DNA of 64,000 nt. It comes from an uncultured Planctomycetota bacterium. GTDB taxonomy: Bacteria; Planctomycetota; Planctomycetia; Pirellulales; Lacipirellulaceae. Positions 20,470 to 32,101 of this stretch are shown here, one piece after another. Numbering within the stretch: position 1 is the stretch's first letter; each line of letters begins with the position of its first letter. The position numbers and the translations under genes were made by a program. The stretch covers positions 1,184,001-1,248,000 of the forward strand of contig CAVRBU010000002.1 of assembly GCA_963719315.1 (NCBI GenBank), given 5' to 3'. The notes beneath the pieces were generated by a model, which saw only the letters and a list, made by a program, of their open reading frames with translations, was not told the origin of the DNA and made no database searches.

Positions 20470-21787
20470 ATGAGTAGCAATGCATCGGGTGAACCAATAC
20501 AAATGCAAAACGGCAGCCTGGCTGTGCCGAACCGGCCCTTCATTCCGTTCATTGAGGGAGATGGCACCGGGCCCGATATTTGGCGCGCAAGCAAACGCGT
20601 GTTCGATGCGGCCGTGGCGAAAGCCTATGGCGGCGAGCGACAAATCGTGTGGCAGGAGGTGCTGGCTGGCCAGAAATCGTTCGATAAGTCGGGCAGTTGG
20701 CTGCCGGATGAGACACTCGATGCGTTCCGCGAAATGCGTGTCGGCATCAAGGGCCCGCTCACGACGCCGGTCGGTGGTGGAATTCGCTCGCTCAATGTAG
20801 CCCTGCGGCAGTTACTGGATTTGTACGTGTGCCTGCGGCCGGTGAGATACTTCCAAGGCGTGCCTACCCCAGTGAAGCAGCCCGAGCTCGTCGACATGGT
20901 CATCTTCCGCGAGAACACCGAAGACATCTACGCCGGCATCGAGTTCGCCGGCGGCACCCCCGAATGCCAGAAGGTGCTCGACTTCCTCGGGCAAGAATTC
21001 GCGAAAGTCGCGGGCAAGATTCGTTTCGGCACAAAAGAGAAGAGCGCGGCCTGGCAGAAGCAGCTTGAAACGATCGGCGCGCCCCATCGCGATCCGGCGG
21101 TTGAAGTCGGCATCGGCATCAAACCAATCAGTTATCTCGGAACTGAGCGGCTCGTGCACAGTGCGATCGGCTATGCAATCCAGAATAAGCGCAAGAGCAT
21201 TACGCTTGTGCACAAGGGCAACATCATGAAATTCACGGAAGGCGGCTTTCCGCGATTGGGGCTATCGCGTAGCCCGCGATTTCTACGGCGCACAAGAAAT
21301 CGACGGCGGCCCGTGGTGCAAAATCCCAGAAGGTAAGCCGGGCGGCGGCATGGTCATCAAAGACGTGATCGCCGACGCGTTCCTGCAACAGATACTCACG
21401 CGACCAGCCGAATACGATGTAGTCGCCACGCCGAATCTCAACGGCGATTACATCAGCGACGCCCTCGCCGCGTGCGTTGGCGGCATCGGCATCGCACCAG
21501 GCGCGAACATCAACTACGTCACCGGCCATGCCATCTTTGAAGCCACGCACGGCACCGCGCCCAAATACGCCGGCCAGGACAAAGTAAACCCGGGCTCCGT
21601 CATCCTTTCCGGCGAGATGATGCTGCGGCACATGAAATGGAACGAAGCCGCCGACCTCATCAACCGCGGCATGGAAGGCGCAATTGCCGCGAAGACCGTA
21701 ACCTACGATTTCGCCCGCATGATGCCCGCCGCGCACGAAGTAAAATGCAGCGAATTCGGCGAAGCGGTCGTGAAGCACATGGGTTAG
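20470..21787 (+). CDS. icd: NADP-dependent isocitrate dehydrogenase (frameshift near 21245, probably a read error)
   Basis: [52 protein letters not shown] and [10 protein letters not shown] motifs. Confidence 0.95.
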
Positions 21788-21900
21788 CGGCCTATTTCCT
21801 GGCGGCGCCGGTAGACTAAAATGGAATGGTGGCGTCGGCAGATTGCAGGCTCGCAGTCCCGGCCGTCGGCTCGATCCCCCTCGTCCATTTCAGTTTTGCC

Positions 21901-23177
21901 ATGCCCGACGGCGATTCCACGACCGAATCAAACTCACGCCGGACTTTGTCGCCAAACGGCGCGTCCACCGCGACCGAGCCGAATCAAGACGATCTCACTG
22001 TCGTCTCGACGTCACCGCCGCACGAAATGGGCGCCGTCGCGGCGATGCTTGATCCGCGGCAGCTCGGTCAGGCGCTCGAAGGCCAGCAGCTCGACCACGT
22101 ACTGTTGCAGAAGTTTGTCGGCGGGGGCGGCATGGGGGCCGTCTTCCGCGCGTGGGACACGAGCCTGCATCGGACCGTGGCCGTGAAGGTCTTGTCCCTA
22201 CGCCAAGCCGGCGATAGCGAAGGCCAGCGGCGGTTCCAGACCGAAGCCCGCTCGGCCGCCCGGTTGGATCATCCGAACATCGCCCGCGCACACTACGTCG
22301 GCGAAGATCGCGGCTTGCAATACATCGTGTTCGAATTCATCGACGGCGCCAACGTCCGCGATCTCGTCTATGGCAATGGGCCGTTCCAGTTGGGCGATGC
22401 ACTCAATGTAGCGCTGCAAATAGCGGCGCGCTGGGCCACGCGTGGGAACGGGAGGTCGTGCATCGGGATATCAAGCCGTCGAACATCATCATCGCGCAGG
22501 ATGGATTGGCAAAGCTCGTCGATATGGGCCTCGCGCGGCTCGAATACATCGAGCAAACTGAGAAAGATGAAACGGCGACCGGCGTGACATTGGGCACGTT
22601 CGATTACATTAGTCCCGAGCAAGCCCGCAACCCGCGCGACGCCGATATTCGCAGCGATATCTACTCACTCGGCTGCACGCTGTTTTTCATGCTCACGGGC
22701 AGGCCGCCGTTTACCGAAGGAACGGTGCTGCAAAAACTGCTCGCGCATCAAGGCGATCCGCCGCCGGACGTCCGCGAGCTGCGAGCCGATGTCCCCGACA
22801 TGCTGGCGGCAGTGCTCGCCACGATGCTTGCCAAGCGGCCGGAAGAGCGCTTCCAAACGCCGATTGATCTGTCGGCCGCACTTACGAGTTGCATCGAACA
22901 ATTGGGCCTGGCTCCGCCGCCGGCCGCCCTGCCGGTGTATATGGGAACCTGGGCGCCGCCGGCGCATTGGTGGCGGCGGCATGCGCCGTGGATCGTGCCG
23001 TTCGCCTGCCTGGCTGCCACGGTTCTCGTTTTAGCGATCCTGTGGCGCCACCAAGCGACCGAACCAAACTTCCCCGAGTTGCGGTCTCCGCAGTCGATGC
23101 AGTCGGCGTCCCCCACCGAAAGCCGCGCGCCCGGCATTCTAGACGCGCAACCGGCGGCGGAATCGCCCACTCAGTAA
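21901..23177 (+). CDS. Membrane-associated Ser/Thr protein kinase (frameshift near 22427)
   Basis: GGGGMG, VAVKVL, HPNIA, HRDIKPSN, DMGLAR and YISPEQ motifs; C-terminal TM. Confidence 0.88.
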
Positions 23178-23243
23178 TGCCGGGCCTCATCTCGCTCTCA
23201 TAGTGTTGCAGCTTTTCTCGCGGCGTAGAAGTACCCGCAAGAA

Positions 23244-23306
23244 GTAGCTGAACTCGCAATAGTTCAGTAGCGCGAGTCCCCTCGGAATCCTTGCGAATTC
23301 GGCTAC
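23244..23306. repeat. GTAG-type REP doublet (degenerate)
   Basis: gtagctgaactcgcaa ... ttgcgaattcggctac. Confidence 0.6.
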
Positions 23307-23384
23307 CGCGGGGTTGATTGCCGCCGCAGGGCTAATGTTTTTCGCGCAAATCTGCTACCATCCGGCGATTCGCCAGGAGGTCGC

Positions 23385-25433
23385 ATGCAAGACGCGCAAG
23401 TTGAATCACCCGTCCAGCACGAAACACTGTTCGGGCACCCGGTTGGCCTGTACACGCTGTTCTTTGCCGAAATGTGGGAACGGTTCTCCTACTACGGCAT
23501 GCGGGCGCTACTAACGCTCTACATGATCAAGGGCTTCCTGGGCTACAGCGACGAATCCGCGATTGCGGTCTACGGCGCTTATACTGCTCTGGTCTACGTA
23601 ACCGGCTTCGTCGGCGGCATGTTGGCCGATCGACTCCTTGGTACTCGCCGGGCCGTTGTCTTGGGCGGGCTCTTGATGTCCGCGGGCCACTTGATGATGA
23701 CCGTGCGAGATGCAACGGCGTTCTATCTCGCCCTCTCGCTGTTGATCGTCGGCAATGGCTTTTTCAAGCCGAACATTTCGACGACCGTCGGTTCTCTCTA
23801 CGAGCCCGGCAGCCCCCGGAAAGACGGCGGTTTCACGATTTTCTACATGGGAATCAACCTGGGCGCCGCAATCGCACCTCTAATATGTGGATTCGTTGGC
23901 GACAAATACGGTTGGCATTACGGCTTCGGCCTCGCGACGATCGGAATGTTGGTCGGACTCGCGGTTTTCGTCGCGCCAATCCGCGTGACGCAAGTCCTCA
24001 TATTGGGTGGAGCGCTTGCGACAGCGATTGGAATGCTGTTCATGCAGAACAACGTTTATCAGCTAGTAATCAATATCTTCTCTGGCTTGGCACTCGCGGC
24101 CGCTGGCGTCATCTCCTTCATCGCGCTGGGTCGCGGTGGCTTGCCCGCTGCTGCGGGAGCGCCGCCCGACCCGGGTCTTTTGCGGCGCATGGTGGGGCCG
24201 CTGCGATTCGATCTACTTGTGTACATAGGGGCCCTGCTGACCGTGCCCGTTTTCGCGCTCCTGCTGCAACGTAATTTGATTGCCATGACATTACTTTATG
24301 CCTCCGGAGTCGTGGCACTCGTGTTTCTGCTGTGGGAGGCGGTCAGGCGCTCGAAAGTCGAGCGCGAACGAATGTTCGTCATTGTCATTCTGACGTTCTT
24401 TTCAATTGTCTTCTGGGCGAGCTTCGAACAAGCCGGCAGTTCCATGGCAAACTTCGAAGACCGCAATGTCGATCGCGTTTTCGAAAGCCAAACGGTGACG
24501 GAGAGCGAAGTCGGCACGCAGATTCGCTTCCGCATCCTGCAACAAGCCGACACCAGTCAGCTCGCCGCCCTGCCCCTTCTAACTCAAGAGCAACTCGGCC
24601 GCCAGAACGACGATCCGGGAATGGCTGCCCAAATTGGCGAAGCCATGCGGCTCGTGAATAACGACAAACCTTCGGCGAAACAATTACCCGCGGACGAACT
24701 TGCCAGTTTCATCAAGCGAACCACCGAGACTAAGGCACTTCTGCTCACGGGGCTCGATTCACTCCGCGGCGCAGCCGCCCTGAAAGGCGCCCCCTCAAGC
24801 TTGCAAACACTCGAATGGAAAGTCGCCCCGGAAAACGTTGGCATGGGCCTGGGTGGCAGTGAAATTGCCACGCCCATGTTCCAAGCCGCGAACCCGATTT
24901 ACATCCTGCTCTTCGGCCTCGCATTCACGGCATTGTGGACCACGCTGGCAGCGCGCGGCATCGAACCCAGTGTTCCCATCAAGTTCTCATTGGCACTGGT
25001 CCAACTCGGCCTTGGATTCGGCGTGCTCTGGTACGGCGCACAATTCGCCGCCGATGCGCACGGCATGGTCGGAATGCCCTTCCTGCTCTTCGGAATTTTG
25101 TTGCACACGACTGGCGAACTCTGCACTTCGCCGATTGGGCTCTCGATGGTTTCCAATCTGTCGCCAAAGTTACTCGTGAGTACGGTGATGGGGGCGTGGT
25201 GGGTCGGCATGGGAATTGCCAACGCGCTGGCGTCCGTGGTCGCCGGCCATACAAGCGTGGGAAGTGACGAAGCGGGTGGCCCCCAAGTGATTCCACTCCC
25301 AATCGAAACGGTCCACACCTATGGAAGGGTCTTCGGGCAGATCGCCATCGCGGCGTTTATCGCGGCTGTCATTTGCTTCTGCTTATCACCACTCCTAACC
25401 AAGTGGATGCACCCCGAGGCGAAGCCTGAATAG
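23385..25433 (+). CDS. POT/PTR-family proton-dependent oligopeptide transporter
   Basis: EMWERFSYYG, GGMLADRLLG, GNGFFKPNIST, FYMGINLG and GELCTSPIG motifs. Confidence 0.95.
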   Translation: MQDAQVESPVQHETLFGHPVGLYTLFFAEMWERFSYYGMRALLTLYMIKGFLGYSDESAIAVYGAYTALVYVTGFVGGMLADRLLGTRRAVVLGGLLMSAGHLMMTVRDATAFYLALSLLIVGNGFFKPNISTTVGSLYEPGSPRKDGGFTIFYMGINLGAAIAPLICGFVGDKYGWHYGFGLATIGMLVGLAVFVAPIRVTQVLILGGALATAIGMLFMQNNVYQLVINIFSGLALAAAGVISFIALGRGGLPAAAGAPPDPGLLRRMVGPLRFDLLVYIGALLTVPVFALLLQRNLIAMTLLYASGVVALVFLLWEAVRRSKVERERMFVIVILTFFSIVFWASFEQAGSSMANFEDRNVDRVFESQTVTESEVGTQIRFRILQQADTSQLAALPLLTQEQLGRQNDDPGMAAQIGEAMRLVNNDKPSAKQLPADELASFIKRTTETKALLLTGLDSLRGAAALKGAPSSLQTLEWKVAPENVGMGLGGSEIATPMFQAANPIYILLFGLAFTALWTTLAARGIEPSVPIKFSLALVQLGLGFGVLWYGAQFAADAHGMVGMPFLLFGILLHTTGELCTSPIGLSMVSNLSPKLLVSTVMGAWWVGMGIANALASVVAGHTSVGSDEAGGPQVIPLPIETVHTYGRVFGQIAIAAFIAAVICFCLSPLLTKWMHPEAKPE

Positions 25434-25450
25434 AATTGGCCGATGGACCT

Positions 25451-25561
25451 TAGGGTGGGTCGAGTCTGCGAGACCCACCATGAATTACTATGTAGCACGG
25501 ACTTCAGTCCGTACGAGAATCACGGACTGAAGTCCGTACTACAAGCTTGTTGTGCCGCAAA
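25451..25561. repeat. REP cluster: single REP (25451-25480) plus REP doublet copy 2 (25491-25561)
   Basis: tgtagcacggacttcagtccgt-acgagaatc-acggactgaagtccgtactaca; matches 2080-2150 and 6592-6622. Confidence 0.85.
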
Positions 25562-25739
25562 TTAGGACTCCACTGCCGACAAGCATTGCTTGACAATCGG
25601 CCCGATTCCTGGTTATTTATAGAGGCTGCCCCGAATCGAGTCGGGATTAGTCCCCGTTTGCCGCCGCCGGAAAGTTGCGGCCCAAGCACGATCCTCCCAC
25701 CCACGAACTTTCCATTCGCATTTACACCGAGGTCCGACT

Positions 25740-26180
25740 ATGCGCTATCGCTGTTTGTTGATTGCCGCGCCAATTCTTGTCACCCTGGCTGCGAGCCAGC
25801 AGGCTGTTGCTATTCCCCTGTTTGCTAAGCAGTTTAAGAAAGATTACTTGGACAACCACGCCGATAAGAAATTTGCCCAAGAGGCCAGCAAGGCTCCGAA
25901 TAGCTGCTTGGTCTGCCATCAGGGCCTCAAAAAACGCAAGAATCGCAACGCATTTGGCAAGGAGCTCGCCAAACTGCTCAACAAGAAAACGGACTCGAAG
26001 ACCGACGAAAAGACACTCGCCAAGATTTCCGATGCACTCAAGAAAGTGTTGGCGATGCACGTCGATCCGAAGGACGAAAAAAGCGAAACCTACCTCGACC
26101 GCGTAAAGGCCGGCAAATACCCAGCTGGTTCGCTCGAAGATCTTAAGAAGGAAGCGGATGATTCCGAGGAGGAAAAGTAG
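25740..26180 (+). CDS. Secreted Lys-rich protein with a single CxxCH (putative cytochrome c)
   Basis: Signal peptide; SCLVCH..RNAFG. Confidence 0.75.
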   Translation: MRYRCLLIAAPILVTLAASQQAVAIPLFAKQFKKDYLDNHADKKFAQEASKAPNSCLVCHQGLKKRKNRNAFGKELAKLLNKKTDSKTDEKTLAKISDALKKVLAMHVDPKDEKSETYLDRVKAGKYPAGSLEDLKKEADDSEEEK

Positions 26181-26204
26181 ATTCAAGCGAACAGCATTGA
26201 AATT

Positions 26205-26249
26205 GCGCGAGGCCGGCTTGCAACTCGCAACCGGCCTCGCGTCATTTTG
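26205..26249. terminator. Hairpin between convergent genes
   Basis: gcgcgaggccgg ... ccggcctcgcgt followed by catttt. Confidence 0.65.
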
Positions 26250-27200
26250 CTAGGTCACTTCAAGGCGGATCGTCGTCGCGAAACGCTCGACCGGTTGCAA
26301 GACCTGCAGGCCCGTTTCGTGCCCTTCGGCCGAAAGCCGAATGGCATCGGGCACGCACGTGTACGGTTCCAGGCAAATCGCCTCGCGGTGCGGCGGCGTA
26401 TAGACAACGCATTGGGTAAAACTTTCGTCGAATGTTTGCGTTAGCGAGCGCGAACTGGCGGGCTCAACCAATCGCGTCCGCAACAAGCCGTCCGAATCCG
26501 GCCGGAGCTTCGTAAAAACTGTATCGAACTGATGATCGTCCAGCCGCAAGCCACCCGCTAGACGTTGGTTTTCGGAAAGCGATAAAATCCGGCCAGTCGG
26601 ATTCATCCGTTCGAGTTCCCAAAAGGCACCTACGGGCACGGTCACCAGCGTGTCGGCCGCTTTGCCCTCTTCCGCGAGCGGCATTCGAAAGTAGGCGTGC
26701 GTCGCAAAGCCGCACGGCAGCGCTCCGTCACCCGTATTCTCATATTGAATGTCGCTGATGAGCTCCGGCCCGCGCACTTCATACGAAACCCGAATTCGAA
26801 AGTCGGCCGGCCACCGCTTGAGGATCGCCGGATCGTCCACCGCCGCCTGAAATTCTCCGACAACTCGACTTGGTTGCTGTTCGATTACGCGCCACGGCCG
26901 ATTGTACACAAATCCGTGAATTGCATTCCCAAACGCATCGCCCGGCTCCAACTGATAATCGCGCCCATCAAATTCATATTTCGCGCCGCCAATACGCCCC
27001 GGGAACGGAAACAGCAGCGGAATCCCGCTTCCCGATGGCCGCTTGTCGCCCTCTGTAAAACCCGCATCGGCCCACAGCATTTCGCGCGGACCGTCGTCGA
27101 GCGCCGGCCGCCAACTAAAGCAATTGAACCCAAGGCTTACCAGAACTTGAGCGCTGGAGCCGTTATCCGGATCGGTAATTCCTACTATCTGTGCAGCCAT
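26250..27200 (-). CDS. Aldose 1-epimerase family protein
   Basis: GIPLLFPFPGRI, NAIHG, HAYF and ICLEPYT motifs. Confidence 0.9.
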   Translation of the reverse strand: MAAQIVGITDPDNGSSAQVLVSLGFNCFSWRPALDDGPREMLWADAGFTEGDKRPSGSGIPLLFPFPGRIGGAKYEFDGRDYQLEPGDAFGNAIHGFVYNRPWRVIEQQPSRVVGEFQAAVDDPAILKRWPADFRIRVSYEVRGPELISDIQYENTGDGALPCGFATHAYFRMPLAEEGKAADTLVTVPVGAFWELERMNPTGRILSLSENQRLAGGLRLDDHQFDTVFTKLRPDSDGLLRTRLVEPASSRSLTQTFDESFTQCVVYTPPHREAICLEPYTCVPDAIRLSAEGHETGLQVLQPVERFATTIRLEVT

Positions 27201-27289
27201 GGCCTGAATCGTCCTCGGTCCGTTGTCGGTCGTCCGCCCGTCGTTGTAGAATATGAACGCACCACTGACAACCAACATCCGACGAATCG

Positions 27290-27363
27290 GGGCGATTAGC
27301 TCAGTTGGTTAGAGCGTCGCGTTTACACCGCGAAAGTCGGGGGTTCGAGTCCCTCATCGCCCA
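27290..27363 (+). tRNA. tRNA-Val(TAC), CCA not encoded; island integration site
   Basis: GGGCGAT/ATCGCCC acceptor stem, GCTC/GAGC D stem, TCGCG-TTTACAC-CGCGA anticodon arm, GGTTCGAGTCC T arm. Confidence 0.97.
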
Positions 27364-28523
27364 TTGGTACACTCTGAAAAATGCACGGCATGTTGTTTCT
27401 TCCGTCTTTTTCAGTGTCGCTTTTTTCTGTGTGCATCTCCATGCAACTCGATGCCGCTGTGTGCTGCACCGGATTATGCAGCGCGCTGCAGGCCGCATCG
27501 AAGTGGGCGTCGGTCACTTGAAGGTAATGCTGATCCGCGACCCTCTCGCTATTCCCCATGAACGCACAGACGACGTGCGACGGTAAGAACTCGGCAAGTT
27601 CAGTCTGGCGGGTGCTGCGAAGATTCTGGAAGAGTTTCGGCCATACTTTCAGCTTTGCAAGCTTGATGATCCGCCTTAACTGTGTCCTGAGATTGGTCTT
27701 GGCGTCGCGGTATCGAGTGATCACTGGGTCGCTCAACGGCGTGTCAAAGCCTGGATTGGCCGCATCACGAGCCGCTTCCAGGTGCGGCCGGAGCTCGGGG
27801 AACAACGGAATCACGCGAACTGCGTGTTCATCGCCGTGATGCTCGGTCTTGACGCAATGGATGGTTATTCGATTCGCCGTCCAATCGATATCACGCCACC
27901 GCAGCGCCATATGCTCTGATGGGCACCGAAGGCCCCCGTAGCGTGCCAAAGCGAATATGAGCTTCCATTCGTCGTCTGGACAGGCCCCAATGACTTTGTC
28001 GGCCTCGTCGCGTGTGATGAAGTAATAGCGGTCCTTGTTGCGTAGAACTGTAAGCCCCTTCATGTCGGAGAAAGGGTTTTCGGTAATCAGACGGCGACGC
28101 TGAGCCGCTCGGAAGAATTGCTTGGCGATGCCGCATCGGCGGCGGACGGTATTCAAGCTCAAACCCTGGCCAGCCGTTTCCTTGGGCTTTCCTTTTTCCG
28201 CAGCAAATACCGGCGGAAATCGTCGCATTCGTCCGGTGAAATGTCAGCGAGAGGCTTTTCGCGGCTGAAGAACTCCAGAAGGCAACGCTTCGTATGCCCA
28301 TACACCGTGCTGGTGCTGGACTTCACATCGGACCTGCCAACGATATACGAGTCCAGGAACGCTCCCAGGGAAAGCTGCTCCGGCGCCTTCCGTGGCTGTG
28401 CCAGGCCTACACCCACCAGCTTGTCATAGAGCGTAGGTGAGAGAGCGCCAAGCCATGACGCCGTTTCCTTGTCGATCGATACCTTGGAGATCTGGGCCGC
28501 GTTCAACGCCTCCACTTTCGTCT
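27323..28523 (-). pseudogene. Tyrosine integrase, frameshifted near 28210 and N-terminally truncated at IS5
   Basis: LARYGGLRCPSE, KTEHH, FQNLRSTR, MGNS..ADQHY catalytic layout; SAM-like domain upstream; reads into the tRNA antisense. Confidence 0.88.
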
Positions 28524-28525
28524 TA

Positions 28526-29446
28526 GGACCTATCCCAAAATACGTGAACGGGTGTTATTTCCGTGCGTAGGAAAAGGTGAGGAATGGTTTCCGTTCGAAT
28601 CTCGTCTTTGCTTGCACGGAGGTGTACATGCACTGCGATTGGCAGGGCAAATTTGCTTGGATGCCCGAAAAGCTTTGGCGGCAGCTTGAACCCTTGCTGC
28701 CGAAGTATCCGCGATCCACGAAGGTTGGGCGACCCCGCGCGAATCTGCCGCACCGTTGCCAGCGGCATTCTTTATCTGTTGCGCACCGGCTGCCAGTGGA
28801 AGGCGCTGCCGCCACAATTTGGCAGCCCCAGTACCGTTCATCGCTATTTCCAAGAGTGGACTCGCCTGGGTATTTGGCAACGGTTTTGGAAACGGGCGCT
28901 GGGGAAGTACGATCAGAAGCGCGGCATCGCTTGGCGCTGGCAGTCGGTGGACGGCGCGACAACTAAGTCGCCGCTGGGAGGGGAAAAAAACCGGGAAAAA
29001 CCCCACCGATCGAGGTAAGCTCGGAGTCAAGCGATCGGTCTTGACCGACGCCCGCGGCGTTCCTCTGGGCGTCGCGATTGACGGCGCCAATGCTCACGAC
29101 CAACGTCTTCTGCGCGACACGCTTCGCTCCATCCCGATTCGACGACCCAGCCGTCGGCGCAAGCAGCACCTGTGTCTCGACAAGGGATACTTTGGCGAAC
29201 CGTCGACAGCTACGGCGAATCGTTTCGGGTACGTGCCTCACATCCGCTGCCGTGGCGAGGAGCAGCGTCGCTGTCGCGCCGGCCACAAAGCTCGACGCTG
29301 GGTTGTCGAAGCCGCGCATTCTTGGACCAACCGCGCCCGCAGGCTCCTGATCCGTTGGGAAAAGAAGGCGGCTAACTATCTTGGGTTCGTTCATCTACAA
29401 TTCGCCCTCATCGCCTTAAGGCGATGTGGAATTTTGGGATAGGTCC
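28526..29446 (+). mobile_element. IS5-family element
   Basis: 16-bp TIR GGACCTATCCCAAAAT/ATTTTGGGATAGGTCC; TA duplication within the palindromic target GTCTTAAGAC. Confidence 0.92.
28628..29442 (+). CDS. IS5-family transposase (split frames; slippery G/A run near 28980)
   Basis: LRTGCQWKALP..STVHRYFQEW, NPTDRGKLG.KRS, LDKGY and RWVVE motifs. Confidence 0.88.
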
Positions 29447-29963
29447 TAAGACTCCCGCGTCCATCGTGGGATGAACTCCTGGAATGAATGGACGGTGCTC
29501 AGGGAACCGATGTGCTTCTACGGCGTGGCATGTGAACAGCGATATTGCCGATCATGCCACTGTCTCGGCCGACTTCATGCCGGCTGGGGCCGACCGTCGG
29601 ATAGGGGTTTGAGTGCGTCACGCCGGCGATCAGCTCGGCCGGACGTAACCGAAAATGAGAATCGCACGCGCAGTCCGAAAGCCGTTTCGATCCGAGTCAC
29701 CTCGCCAATACCCGTTCGAGCCGCTCATTGACACTGCATAGGCCGCCGAGGCACACGCACTCGGGACCCAACCAGAAAGCGAGTCAACAAAGCCAGAAAA
29801 AACGGGACCAGATTCCGTACGCTCTCTTGACAGCCGAGGCCAAATAGGGGTTCGACATTGGTCACGAACGCAGCCCTTCGCAAGCAGCCAAGCGCTACCG
29901 GTTTCCGTTCCGTATTCGGTGGCCTCGATCACTGGCGAGAGCCGGCGTAAACTGTCACTGTTC

Positions 29964-31346
29964 ATGCCACCACGAATTCCATCTCCGAAGGACGCCAGCG
30001 GTCTTATGTTTGGGCTGGAAGACCGGCCTAACGTTGCCGCCAGCCTTGTGGCGCGATCCAACACGTGCTGGCAAGCGTCGTGGCGATCGTCATGCCGACG
30101 CTGGTGATCGGACACGCACTCAATCTCGGTAAAGAAATACCGCATTTGGTGAGCATGTCGCTGATCGTATCGGGTATCGGCACGTTTATTCAATCGCACC
30201 GATTGGGGCCAGTGGGATCGGGGCTGCTGAGTTTGCAGGGAACAAGCTTTTCCTTCGTGGGACCCATCATTGCTGCCGGCACAGCCTATAAGGTAACGGG
30301 GCACACGTCGGAGCAGATTCTAGCCCTTATCTTTGGACTGTGCCTTGCGGGTTGTGTCGTGGAAATCGGCATTAGCCAGTTCACCACGTCATTGAAGCGG
30401 ATCATCACACCGGCTGTCACGGGGACTGTGATCACTGTAATTGGCTTGTCGCTCGTCAAAGTGTCGTTCACGGAATTAGTCGGGGGCGACGCGTTGTCGG
30501 CAACAAACGGCCTAACGAACTTGGCCGTTGGTTTCCTGGTGGTGGCCGTAATCGTATGGATGAGTGTCCTCCAAAATTTTTGGCTGCGAATCATGGCGGT
30601 GATGACGGGCGTGTTTGTTGGTTTCGCCGTCAGTTGGTTACTGGGGATGGTAGACTTTACGCGACTCGGCGGCGACGCTTGGATTACCGTGCCGCAACCG
30701 TTGAAATACGGGCTCGATTTCGATTGGGTTTACGTTGCGCCCATTGCCCTCGTCTATCTGATCACCACGATCGAGACGACCGGCGACTTGACGGCAAACT
30801 CCGTGATCTCGGGCGAGCCGATTGAAGGCGACGTCTATCTAGCGAGGATTAAAGGCGGCGTGTTAGGAGACGGAGTCAATTCTGGTTTGGCCGCATTCTT
30901 CAACACGTTTCCCAACACGACGTTTTCGCAGAACAACGGAGTGATCCAAGTGACCGGCATCGCCAGCCGTCATCTTGCAGGCTATATCGCTGTAATCCTG
31001 GTCACCCTTGGATTATTTCCCGTACTCGGTAGTGCTTTGCGATTGATTCCTAGCCCGGTACTAGGTGGTGCAACCTTGGTGTTGTTTGGATCGATTGCCG
31101 TGGCGGGAATTCGCATCCTGGCATCGCAACCGTTTCGTCGCAAAGAGATTTTCGTTGTCGCACTGTCGTTAGCATGTGGGCTGGGCGTGGCGCTCGTACC
31201 CTGACGTCCTCAAGCCTTTGCCAACTTCGTTAGGAAAGGTATTTGAGTCTCCGATCACCACGAGCGGTGTCATCGCAATTCTGACGACGTTGCTCTTGCC
31301 TGGTGATCCTGACGGATCGAATGCCGCACCCAAAAATGTCGGTTAA
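29964..31346 (+). CDS. NCS2 xanthine/uracil permease (XanQ-like), single indels near 30055 and 31200
   Basis: GSGLLSLQGTSFSF, ETTGD, GGVLGDG and the NCS2 signature NTFPNTTFSQNNGVI. Confidence 0.88.
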
Positions 31347-31729
31347 AGTGCGGGAGCCATTTTCTCTACGAAATAGCGCGACCGTGTGGTTTACAGGGAC
31401 GGCGGGTAAGATTGACCCCGCTTTTTCGTTTGCGCCACGGAGTACTCTCCTCACTTCCTAGGTCTAACTCTCGGTGGTAGGTCCGAAAGGGCGCCGGTGT
31501 CGGGTCGCCGAGGTCAAACGGTATACGGCGTGGCCAAAGACTCTCCACCTCTCAGTTTTTTACTTGCACCGTGTGGACAAGCGAATGACGATGTTCCATT
31601 TAACGGTCCATTAATGACCCGCGTCAAGCGTTAACGAGTTGGTGAAACTGGTAAGCGTTCGCGGTAGCCATACTTGACGAGTTTTCTATCCTGGGGTTTT
31701 GTCATGCAATTCACTCAGGAGACGAGCCG

Positions 31730-32101
31730 ATGGGTCGTCCGCCGAGCATCGTCGAGGATTATCGAGAGTGGCAGGGTCGCCTGGAAAGATACCAGACGAG
31801 TGAGACCAGCCTGGACGTATTCTGTCTGCAGGAAGGCATTTCGCGATCAACTTTTTTCCGCTGGAAGCGGCGACTCGACAAGGGCATCCCCGAAACACTG
31901 CAGGCGGATGCCGCCGAGCGGGGGCAGAACGTTTCGACCGACGCGCTGTTCCTGCCCATCTCGTTGAAAAAGTCCCGCATCGAGATCGAGTTGCCCAACG
32001 GGGGCGTGGTCCGCTTGCCCGCCGACGTGAGTCGAGGCGTGCTGGTGGCCGTCGTCCGCGTGGTCGGTTCCTTGCGTCCCTGGAAGGCGCCCCAGTCATG
32101 A
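31730..32101 (+). CDS. tnpA: IS66 accessory protein TnpA
   Basis: FCLQEGISRSTFFRWKRRL..IEIELPNG. Confidence 0.85.
   Translation: MGRPPSIVEDYREWQGRLERYQTSETSLDVFCLQEGISRSTFFRWKRRLDKGIPETLQADAAERGQNVSTDALFLPISLKKSRIEIELPNGGVVRLPADVSRGVLVAVVRVVGSLRPWKAPQS

Noticed and set aside
20470..22460. Frameshifts in icd and the kinase (also cupin, permease, redoxin, Mur ligase, tnpC) as programmed recoding or pseudogenisation
   Set aside because: Single-base indels are scattered throughout, including housekeeping genes with otherwise intact sequence. Sequencing error is the simplest explanation; raw reads would decide.
29405..29415. CCCTCATCGCC match to the tRNA-Val 3' end as attR
   Set aside because: It is only 11 bp and lies inside the IS5 transposase coding sequence, so it is likely chance.
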